A stretch of 64,000 nucleotides of DNA. Origin: Macrostomum hystrix. Taxonomy: Eukaryota; Animalia; Platyhelminthes. A model generated the notes under the pieces. That model was given only the letters and a program-made list of their open reading frames with translations. It had not been told where the DNA came from and ran no database searches. Position numbers and translations under genes: made by a program. The stretch lies in assembly GCA_950097015.1 (NCBI GenBank), contig CATNEN010000029.1, positions 6,696,001 to 6,760,000 on the forward strand. Reading direction: 5' to 3'. Positions 36,912 to 47,732 of the stretch are shown here, in pieces; positions within the stretch are counted from its first letter, which is position 1, and every line of letters starts with the position of its first letter.

Positions 36912-39172
36912 CCGCGGCCCAGTGGGTCCTCCGGGGCGGGGGCGGGTAGGGGGCGAAGGCGGAGGCGGCTGCGGCGCGAGCGCGAGCGCCAATCGAGGCG
37001 ACCTCGGCCGCTCCGGGGTGATTTGGGAGACTGGAGTCAGGTGACAATATTGATTGATAGAAATAGGGGCCAGTTAGAAATTAACTAGGAAGTTCAAAAA
37101 AGCGAATCTATTGTTGTTTAGTTTCGTTAATCTCCTAAATCAATCCACTTAGTTCAGCGTCAGGTTGTGCTTCATTAGTAGCGAGTTGTTTCGATATTAG
37201 ATAGGCTCCTTGCTTTTTTAATGGATAGTCTACTTACAGTAGCATATGTTGGTGCGTAGACGGCTACAGGCGGGCTGCAAGCGTGTCTAGGGAGAGGGCT
37301 AGGTTTGTGTTTTTTGCACCGACTCCTGTCGCCCAACCCCATTGATCAGCCCACCCAGCCAACGAGACATCTCGTTGCCGCCAGCCCTGTCCCGCCCTTG
37401 TAAATGATGGAGGACTCACTATGCGCCTAAAGTTGGTGTTATTTTTTTTGTCGACTCGATCGACAGATAATCGATCGAGACGGAAGCCGCTAGTCCTTGT
37501 CAGTTTGGCTTGGATACGCAACCAGTCAACAAGAAGTCAACCACCGAGTCTTCAATCACACGGAATAGGCAACTCTAGCGCAAGACTGCTTCGTCTGCTA
37601 TCCGCTATCCATTCGAAAGCAAGGTAGACTAATTGAACACGAAATTTTGACGCAACTACCTATTGATGAAACACACTCGCTGAACTTTACCTGATCTGTT
37701 AGTTTTTGTTTCCTATAAAATTATTTGATTTTACGCCGCCCTAACTTTCTCCTGCCTGTTCTTATAGGTTCTTTGCTTCGTGTCTTAAAAGACTGTCTAT
37801 CGAAAGCTGAGGGCTTAAATCATCTAATTTTGAATCCGTTTTTTTTCTGTGGCCTCACTGTTTCTGTCTCAGTGTTTTTGTCATTAATTAAAATATGTAT
37901 TTTTGTTATGAAAGCCGTAACGCATATACTCGTATGCAGTCGCTGTCACATTTATATCGTCAACTATCATTATTGTAAGCGTAGTCTGCTTTATTTCCTT
38001 ACATTAAAAGTGTTTTGCGACACTTACTAAACTTTATCCCTGGCTTATTTATTGATGTTCATTTCCGATTGCAGTGGAATTTACTTCATAAGCATATTTC
38101 ATTTCGTTATTGGAATAATCGGGTAATAGAAGCTGAAATAAACCGACTGACAAATGTAATCGCTAATTGAATGATTCGCTTTAACATCCCACTCTATATT
38201 TCCTCTTGGTTGCAATTCGCTTTTCATCCGTATGCACAACTGCTGTATTCTTATTCAATCGTATTAATTTATTGTCATTCGAGTAATCAATGCCAACAGT
38301 TGAAAGATTAGAAAAACTTGCTGTTGCTGACTAGTTTAAATTCGCGCCGAAACTATATTAAATTTTACTTTCTTTTTTATTGCACTAAGGATGCCAAAAG
38401 CATCCCGTCTTTGTTTTGGCGCGAATTAAAAATTGTGTTTTAAAAACCTTTCTAAAGTGTGGAGGTAAGCAGCAAGAATTTCGTGAATTGGTGTACAAGT
38501 GAGTTTGTTCTCATTGCTTTCCAATTCAATTGATAACCCAGAGCTCAGCTAAATCTTACTCATTGCTTGAAGTGATAAATTTACTTACTCGAAATGCACA
38601 AAAGGCACGTATTCTAAGGCTAAATCACTATTGCTTTTTCATAAATCCAATTCGACTTCACGTGAATTGCCATGAAGCTTCAAACTGTTGTCGGTGTTTT
38701 TCCATCGCCATTATTTGTCTATGTCACCAATGCCTAACTAAAAATAAATGAATAATAAAATACTGGCAAATGAGAATTGATGAATATATTTGGTTTAATG
38801 TTGATTGTTGAGCGATAAGCTGATTGAATAAAAAAATTCGTGTTGTTAAGTTTTGTCTTTGTTTCTTGACATTTAAGGTTTCCCCTTGTTACCATAATTT
38901 TGACCTTTTTTGAGTAAGCGATGCCCAGCTCATTGTTTAAGTTAAGCAATCGGGTAAGTCTCCTTTGAGATATGCTAAAATTCCATTTATCAGCTTTGAA
39001 CTGTGCATTTTGTTCTCTGTGCTCTTGTGATTAAAATCGCACTGCGATGCAATGCTTATCGTGAACATCGAGGTACTAAATAATTGTAGTTAAATTAATG
39101 CTGGTAGTAGTATGCTCGTATAATCCCATCCATATGACCATATCATCAGCAGCGGCGAAGTTGGACACTAAT

Positions 39173-39320
39173 TATATGATAATAGCCATTTAATAAGCAT
39201 CTGTGTTTAGAATGTCCGAGGCTGCATTTAATGGTCTCGAGGCGAGAAGCGAGAAGACCATGAAATGCAGCCTCGGACATTCTAACCATAAACAGCTTAT
39301 TAAATGGCTATTATTTTATA
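39173..39320. mobile_element. Palindromic MITE-like element with ~60-bp arms
   Basis: ATAATAGCCATTTAATAAGC / GCTTATTAAATGGCTATTAT and TAGAATGTCCGAGGCTGCATTT / AAATGCAGCCTCGGACATTCTA flank a short loop. Confidence 0.65.
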
Positions 39321-41413
39321 TGAAATCATATTGAGGCCCATTATATGATGTAATGGTCTCGGAATTAAAGTATTCTGTACCACAGACTACCGATTCCTCG
39401 CTCTGAAGGCGCGTATTAAACGTCTGAAGGCGCCTAATAAGCAATCGGATTCTATAAAGCGTTAATCATACACGTAGACGAGTATGCCCGAAAGTTACGG
39501 CGTCCATTGCTGTTGCCTGAAAAATTTGGCGTGCACTTGCCCTCAAGAATTAAGTTAATTCAAAAGTATGAACAAGAACCAAAAGTGAGCTACACCGACG
39601 ATATTCGTAAAAACTATCATTAAATTTGTAAAGCTGATTATATTCTTGCACCAAACTCTTTCCTCTACATCCTCCACAACTCACCCACTCGGACTGTTTT
39701 ACTGAATAGGATATGCTTCGCATTTTCAGTTACGTTACGTAAAACTTGATAAAGTTTTCAATAATTGTATAGCTAGCTGGGTACAATAGTCCTAATTACT
39801 TACTTCTATATAGTTATGGAAACAAAGTTTTTTACCAAAGTTTTTTGTCCGCTTTCTTACGCCAGATGTTTCATTTAGAAACACGGCCCAGGATGGCCAT
39901 GCAGCTGTGACGAAGTTCAACTCGAGTGTAGCGGTATAATTGTTAAGCATTAAGTCGAGTGTACATGATGTTCGATTGGTTGGTCGAAGACAGATTAATA
40001 TATTTGTAATGAGTTCATAGTAATTATGGCAAACTATTGCTATTGGTTTGTGTAGGTCTTTGATGGCAACTAAAGCTTTGCTAGCAAACTAGCTATTTGT
40101 TATTTCATGCCTTGATGCTTAATGTGGTCAGCTAACTAATACATCATTGTTTACTACTAAGTACTACTAGTCTAAGCTTATGACAAATTAAAGTTGCAAA
40201 ACAAAAGCTTGTTCATATTTATTCTTGTTGTTTAGCTAAACAACTCATTTACCAAGCTAGCAATCTATTTGACTAACCTACTAATATCTAACCTTAGGTC
40301 AGTTCAATAACACTAACTGTAGCTAGGCCTAACACTAGTAACAGTACCATCCTGTATTAGTTTTTTTCTCCAATTCCTGGGGTTTTTAGGCTTTAGATAA
40401 TTAGATAGAGAATTCAGATATATAATTTGCTCTAGAAAATGAAGTGTTTGCTAGAGCTAGGCCTAGCTAGGGCCTAGTTTTATCTGGTTTATTTCATAGA
40501 CATTGACATAGTTATAGATTTTGCTTTTGACTAGTCTATTCTCTCTCTCTCTCTTAGTGTGATTTCATTTATTCATTTGTCAGTCTTACAACCTTTAAAA
40601 AAGTTTTATTATATACCAAAAATTTCCATGGCTGACATTAAAAATCAGTTTCTAACTGAACTCATTTTTTACTTAAGCACATTTATTCATTTGCCAGATA
40701 GAAAGCATCCTATACTAGCTAGCTTTAGGTAAATTGTAAGAATTACTGGGCTTTTTTATGTATAATTGCTAAATATGTTTTCTAATTAATAGGCCTATAA
40801 AAACATGCAATTTTAAGACCATTGTATATACTAAATTCATTTAGTCTTACATAGAAGTAAAATTTTTGAAAGAGTTATGTTTGAACAAGTCTTGACTAGG
40901 TCTATGTTTTGAAATTTGAATAACTCATGGAAATATAAATAGCCAATGTATATGATTTCTTTATACCATTTTTATTAGCTTGACTAGTTGGGCCAGATAT
41001 AGCAATAGCTAGGCCTAGTGGTGTGGTCACAGACTCACAGTTATTGTAGCCTACAGTACTTCCAAAAGGTTATGTACAACTAGCTATTAAACTGTTAGTA
41101 CATGGACAAAACATAGGCTTCTAGGCTTCAAGATTTTTAACCTAGCTAGCTGATGTTGGTAACCTATTTTATTGCTAGCTAAGTGAACTAAAACACAAAG
41201 GAACTTTGTGTCACTGCTTCAGGACACATTGTTGGGGTTAATGCTGCAATACGAACTTGTGAACTCTCCATCAGAAGCACAAAACATTAGGAGAAAAGCT
41301 TTCTTTATAAAATAAAACTCTTATATTTTTATTTCAGTGTCGTGAGGAAAACACAACAATTGAACCTACAATTAGCCCTATAGATTAAATAGCTCAAGCT
41401 ATCACTCGCCACC

Positions 41414-42504
41414 ATGTCAGGAGCAGCAGCCTACAAAGTACTTGTCTATGGCGGTCGCGGCGCCCTTGGCAGCCACTGTGTTGCCAAGCTGCGCTCTGCT
41501 GGCTGCTGGGTCTGCACAGTCGACCTTCAGGCCAATGACCAATCAGACGCGTGCATTGTCGCGCCGCGCTCAGCTCAGACGCTGACAGAACAGGAAGCGG
41601 CGGTGATGTCGGCCGCCGATGGATTGGCTGACTTGACGCCGCACAGTTTGGACGCTGTGCTTTGCGTTGCTGGCGGCTGGGCTGGTGGAAATGTGGCCAG
41701 CAAAAACTTTGTGCGCAACTGTGAACTGGTTAGTTCTGACTGGCCTGAAATGTGCTCTTCTATAGCTCAAATAAATTAATTATGGACTGCCCGTTTCCCC
41801 TTTGTGTCCATGTTAAGTGATTCGCTATCAAATCCTCATATTTGAAGACAGTGGTATCTCAGCTTACCAACTTACTTTGTCGCTTATACTCGATTCCCAC
41901 TTTCTCTTAGATCTGGAAAATGTTTAGATTCTTAATAAAGTTCCAGATCCTCATTGGAATCCAGTTTCTCATATTGGGATTTCTAGGGCCTCCTATTCTA
42001 ATATTTAATTCCCATTTAGCTTTTCTCCCAATACACGCGCCTGAGTTATTTGTCGCAATTCATTGAATTATTCAGGTGCTGCAGCAGTCGGTGTGGAGCA
42101 GCATCATCGCCGCTCGCCTGGCCAGCCGCTATCTTCGCCCCGGCGGCCTCCTGACACTCACTGGCGCCCAGGCTGCTGCCGCAGGCGGCGCCACGCCCGG
42201 CATGATTGGCTACGGCATGGCCAAGGCTGCGGTGCACCAGCTGACCGCCTCGCTAGCTGCGCCGCGCTCCGGCCTGCCAGAGGGCGCCACCGTCTTGGCC
42301 CTGCTGCCGGCCACGCTGGACACGCCGGCCAATAGAAAAGCGATGGGCGACGATAAGGCTGGCAATTGGACGCCTCTCGAGTTTGTTGCCGAACTGCTGC
42401 ACCGCTGGCTGGTTGATAAGGACGCCAGGCCGGCTACTGGCAGTCTGCTCGCCCTGGTGACGCGTGACTTTGTCACTGAGGTGAAGCCAGTGCCGACCGT
42501 CTGA
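41414..42504 (+). CDS. QDPR: Dihydropteridine reductase (SDR family), 247 aa
   Basis: Exons 41414-41728 and 42076-42504 (phase 0). VLVYGGRGALG nucleotide-binding motif, CVAGGWAGG, TPGMIGYGMAKAAVHQL (YxxxK), LDTPANR; Kozak GCCACCATG. Confidence 0.95.
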
Positions 42505-42629
42505 CTATCGCCTATATCGCGGGAATTGAGATTGTAGGCGCCATGCTCAGTAAGATCAATAAGAACATAGATTAGTAAAAAAGCAGAGTAAGGAGGTTGT
42601 CTGACAGTAAGTTTTTGTATGCGGACTGA

Positions 42630-42845
42630 GGTGGATGTCTAGTAGAAAGTTGTAAATAAAAGCGGAGTGAGGTGGGTGTCTGGTAGAAAGTTGTAAATAA
42701 AAGCGGAGTGAGGTGGGTGTCTGGTGGAAAAAAGCAAATAAAAGCGGAGTTAGGTGGGTGTCTGGTAGAAAGTTGTAAATAAAAGCGGAGTGAGGTGGGT
42801 GTCTGGTGGAAAGAAGCAAATAAAAGCGGAGTTAGGTGGGTGTCC
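42630..42845. repeat. 41-bp minisatellite downstream of QDPR; each unit contains AATAAA
   Basis: 5 units of TGTAAATAAAAGCGGAGTGAGGTGGGTGTCTGGTAGAAAGT. Confidence 0.9.
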
Positions 42846-43464
42846 TAAAGACTGACAGTCACAGAAGTTTCATGTGAGCGGACGCTGTGTTGACTAAAAT
42901 TACAAATTATTTCCTAATAAACAGTGATAACTAATGGATGACTGTGAGATGGCTGTCTGTTAAGCTGTTATTGGCTTTTTTCGTTACTTTTCGTTTCACA
43001 GTATAACTTATTTATTATCTCGGTGGTGTCATCACTTTCTAGGAAAGTACATGCTCATTTTAGAAAATTATTTTTAATCGACGAATGGTTGAATACTTTT
43101 TATTCCTTTTTTCAACGACCTGTTTCTAGTTCTTCGTGTTGTTTTCTTTGTCCCACTCCGTAGGAGTCATTCATTCAGTTTTGCATTATATAGACTTTAG
43201 TACTGGCATCATGCACCAACATTTCTGATTTGATTATTGTTGATATTCCCGACAATTTGTCTGTTTTGGAATCATCAATATTTGTTTTGAATAAAACGAT
43301 GACTCAACTTTATCTAAAATATTTATACCTTTTTTATTTTTTTCGCTTTTTAGTCTCCAGAAATAATGTTATTTTATCTCTAGTCGATAGATCCCAACCT
43401 GGAAGGCAGTCCCCCTTGGATGACAGACTAATCCCACCTGGATAACAGACTAATCACACCTGGA

Positions 43465-43620
43465 AGGGAGCTTATGGATAGAGATTCGGACTTCTAATCA
43501 AGAGAGGTTGCAAGTTCGAATCCCAGTTCGTGGGATTAATTTGTGCCCTTGAGCGGGACACTTCTAATTCCCTTGTGCTTCAGTCCACTTAGCTGTACAA
43601 TGGCCACCAGCATTATTGCT
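43465..43620 (+). mobile_element. Degenerate SINE with tRNA-Arg(TCT)-like head and CORE-like domain
   Basis: Head ATGGATAG..TCGGACTTCTAATC..GAGGTTG..GTTCGAATCCC aligns to the tRNAs at 61058/62149; followed by CCTTGAGC..CACTT..TGCTTCAGTCCAC..AGCTGT..ACCAGCATT. Confidence 0.75.
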
Positions 43621-43809
43621 ATATGAGTTATACTATTCCTATAATTCCACTTAAAGAGCAGGTAAATCCCACCTGTAGGACAGGTAATCCTAGATATTCA
43701 AGGGAAGCTGCTGTTCTCATTAAAATATGAAACATGGAAGTGCTATTCAATTTAAATTACCTGCTCACAAACGCTTGCAGCCAAGATTTTTCTCGCCACC
43801 TCAGCTGCA

Positions 43810-44217
43810 ATGTCCGACTCAGACACATCGTCAATCTCTTCTGTAGAGGATGAGATCAAGCCGAAGCCGCCGCCATCGAAGAGGCAGTCGAGCAATGCCG
43901 CCTCCGCATCCGGCGGCAGCAAGCAGCCAGCCAAGAAGCAGCAGCAGCCGAGCAAGGCCGGAGACAAGCGAAAACGGGCTGACAGCGACGATGATGGCGA
44001 GGGCGACGATAAACAGCGAGTAATGATTGGCAACAAGCGCTACGTGTCGCTGAGCAACTTCCACGGCCGATTCTTCGTTGACATTCGCGAATTCTACGAG
44101 GACAAGAACAGCGGCGAATTGAAGCCAGGCAAGAAGGGCATCTCCCTGACCCTTGAGCAGTGGGAGAATCTCAAAAGCAAAACGGCCGCCGTTGATAAGC
44201 TGATCAAGGACGCCTGA
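43810..44217 (+). CDS. SUB1: Transcriptional coactivator PC4/SUB1, 135 aa, single exon
   Basis: Ser/acidic then Lys-rich N-terminus; PC4 domain IGNKRYVSLSNFHGRFFVDIREFY...KPGKKGISLTLEQW. Confidence 0.95.
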   Translation: MSDSDTSSISSVEDEIKPKPPPSKRQSSNAASASGGSKQPAKKQQQPSKAGDKRKRADSDDDGEGDDKQRVMIGNKRYVSLSNFHGRFFVDIREFYEDKNSGELKPGKKGISLTLEQWENLKSKTAAVDKLIKDA

Positions 44218-44719
44218 TCAGCCTAGTAAATCTAATGAATCTATATTAATTGGCTGATTTACCGGTGTGTGAAATGAAAGCCATTTCATTTGACTCCCGC
44301 TGTTCAATGTGAAACAAATAGTATTTCATTTGTTTTCTCGTTCCGGGTGAAGCATGACAGTTTTATTATGTCTTGTAGGTCAATCTCGGCCATTTTTGTT
44401 AAAAGCAGCCAAGTACAAGAGAATGTGTATGTTGACAATGATATGCGCCCTATAACGTGTGCTTATCATAGAATAATCATGGAAATATATTTAAAATCGT
44501 TCATTTTTAGTATGTAACACACGTAGTTATATTTTTAAAGCGGGCATTTTCAGTGCAAAAGGTGGCACATAGTCAATACGAATTTCGAAGAATATACTAC
44601 AAATATACCATTAGAATTATTACGCTCGTAATTTTTACGGCCAACATTCTCTGGTGCACACGTTGTTCTCTACGTTTTCCCCATTATTTGAACCAGAAGA
44701 GATACAGTGCGCTTATTGA

Positions 44720-45537
44720 AGCAACATAAGAGAGAAGCAGCCAGCACACTAAAGCAACAGGGGAGAAAAGCAGCCAGCTCACTGAAGCAACAGGGAAGAG
44801 AAGCAGCCAGCTCACTGAAGCAATAAGGGAGACATGCAGCCAGCTCACTGAAGCAACAGGGAAGAGAAGCAGCCAGCTCACTGAAGCAATAAGGGAGACA
44901 TGCAGCCAGCTCACTGAAGCAACAGGGAAGAGAAGCAGCCAGCTCACTGAAGCAATAAGGGAGACATGCAGCCAGCTCACTGAAGCAACAGGGAAGAGAA
45001 GCAGCCAGCTCACTGAAGCAATAAGGGAGACATGCAGCCAGCTCACTGAAGCAACAGGGAAGAGAAGCAGCCAGCTCACTGAAGCAATAAGAGAGACATG
45101 CAGCCAGCTCACTGAAGCAATAAGGGAGACATGCAGCCAGCTCACTGAAGCAATAAGGGAGACATGCAGCCAGCTCACTGAAGCAACAGGGGAGACAAGC
45201 AGCCAGCTCACTGAAGCAACAGGGAAGAGAAGCAGCCAGCTCACTGAAGCAATAAGGGAGACATGCAGCCAGCTCACTGAAGCAACAGGGAAGAGAAGCA
45301 GCCAGCTCACTGAAGCAATAAGGGAGACATGCAGCCAGCTCACTGAAGCAACAGGGAAGAGAAGCAGCCAGCTCACTGAAGCAATAAGGGAGACATGCAG
45401 CCAGCTCACTGAAGCAACAGGGAAGAGAAGCAGCCAGCTCACTGAAGCAATAAGGGAGACATGCAGCCAGCTCACTGAAGCAACAGGGAAGAGAAGCAGC
45501 CAGCTCACTGAAGCAATAAGGGAGACATGCAGCCAGT
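44720..45537. repeat. 33-bp two-variant minisatellite (GCAGCCAGCTCACTGAAGCAATAAGGGAGACAT / ...CAACAGGGAAGAGAA)
   Basis: About 25 units with alternating variants. Confidence 0.95.
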
Positions 45538-46257
45538 GCGGCAGAAGAAAAACTAGATGCTCTGATTTTAATGCAAGCGCAGCTTACACCAATTATGCAA
45601 GGAGTATATTTTCTCGGCCCGCATTAACACGGGCGCAGTTATCTTTAAAAGTACATTTGAATAGTAGTAAAGAATGTGTGCAGCGGGATGCTGTGCGAAT
45701 AAGGCGGGGCATCAGAATCAATATGAAGCCTCAGAAAGGAATTAATTTGCAATTAGTTCACTACAAGTGATGAAGCACAGTTCATGAGTTCCGAGGAAGA
45801 AAGATGTACAAAAGACAAAATACATAATGTGTGTACAATCATGGGTTTTATCTCACAATGCTAAAACTACGGCACAGTTACGAGTATTTAGAGCAAAATG
45901 CTTTGGTGGGTCTTTGTCAATAAAGTTATAGAATCATAGGATTAAAATATGGAGGTCACTTACAATGTACACGAGAACGTAAGGTGTACAGTAAATGGGT
46001 AAACACGCACGTAACTAAATAAGCATTGACAGCAAGTGCTACCGATATCATCATTATTTCATTGTGCTCATAAAAAACGTATGTTATGCACAGGTAAAAA
46101 TAATAGTGTATATGCATTCTAAAGAGCAGCGCAAATTCTTTATACCACGTCGTAAAACTTTCGTTGTGAAAAAATCTCAGTCGTCTCAGTGAAAGTCATA
46201 GCGCAGCTTTGGTTAGGAAGTGATTGGATGTTACTTTGGGGTTAGTAGATTAATTGT

Positions 46258-47470
46258 AGGAGGAGATTGAATGTACTTTCGGGTTAGGAGGAGATTGAAT
46301 GTACTTTCGGGTTAGGAGATTGAATGTACCTTCGGGTTAGGAGGAGATTGAATTTACTTTCGGGTTAGGAGGAGATTGAATGTACTTTCGGGTTAGGAGA
46401 TTGAATGTACTTTCGGGTTAGGATGAGACTGAATGTACTTTCGGGTTAGGAGGAGATTGAATTTACTTTCGGGTTAGGAGGAGATTGAATTTACTTTCGG
46501 GTTAGGAGGAGATTGAATTTACTTTCGGGTTAGGAGGAGATTGAATGTACTTTCGGGTTAGGAGATTGAATGTACTTTCGGGTTAGGATGAGACTGAATG
46601 TACTTTCGGGTTAGGAGGAGATTGAATGTACTTTCGGGTTAGGAGGAGATTGAATGTACTTTCGGGTTAGGAGGAGATTGAATTTACTTTCGGGTTAGGA
46701 GGAGATTGAATTTACTTTCGGGTTAGGAGGAGATTAAATGTACTTTCGGGTTAGGAGATTGAATGTACTTTCGGGTTAGGATGAGACTGAATGTACTTTC
46801 GGGTTAGGAGGAGATTGAATGTACTTTCGGGTTAGGAGGAGATTGAATGTACTTTCGGGTTAGGAGGAGATTGAATTTACTTTCGGGTTAGGAGGAGATT
46901 GAATTTACTTTCGGGTTAGGAGGAGATTGAATTTACTTTCGGGTTAGGAGGAGATTGAAATTACTTTCGGGTTAGGAGGAGATTGAATGTACTTTCGGGT
47001 TAGGAGATTGAATGTACTTTCGGGTTAGGATGAGACTGAATGTACTTTCGGGTTAGGAGGAGATTGAATGTACTTTCGGGTTAGGAGGAGATTGAATGTA
47101 CTTTCGGGTTAGGAGGAGATTGAATTTACTTTCGAGTTAGGAGGAGATTGAATTTACTTTCGGGTTAGGAGGAGATTGAATTTACTTTCGGGTTAGGAGG
47201 AGATTGAATGTACTTTCGGGTTAGGAGATTGAATGTACTTTCGGGTTAGGATGAGACTGAATGTACTTTCGGGTTAGGAGGAGATTGAATGTACTTTCGG
47301 GTTAGGAGGAGATTGAATGTACTTTCGGGTTAGGAGGAGATTGAATTTACTTTCGGGTTAGGAGGAGATTGAATGTACTTTCGGGTTAGGAGGAGATTGA
47401 ATGTACTTTCGGGTTAGGAGGAGATTGAATGTACTTTCGGGTTAGGAGGAGATTGAATGTACTTTGAAGT
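46258..47470. repeat. 25-28-bp minisatellite (GGGTTAGGAGGAGATTGAATGTACTTTC)
   Basis: About 43 units with periodic variants. Confidence 0.95.
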
Positions 47471-47732
47471 TAGGAAGAGACTGTACTTTGGAGATAGGAA
47501 AATATTGGATGTGATTTTTAGAGATAGGAAGAGATTGAATGCACATTGGGGGTAAGAAGAATTCGAATATACGTCGGGGTAAGAATAGACTTTGTTAAGT
47601 ATAATATATGGAGGTAGAAAGAAAGAAAATAAGTATTTTATTCTGCTGACACGAGAACCAATATCACTGATTCTCAAAGACTAGAATTTATTTACTTCAG
47701 TGCCTCAGCATTGAAAAATATTTCAGAGTCGG

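Noticed and set aside
46258-47470. Interstitial telomere (GGGTTAGG in every unit)
   Set aside because: Only one telomere-like word per 25-28-bp unit, with no tandem (TTAGGG)n; treated as an ordinary minisatellite
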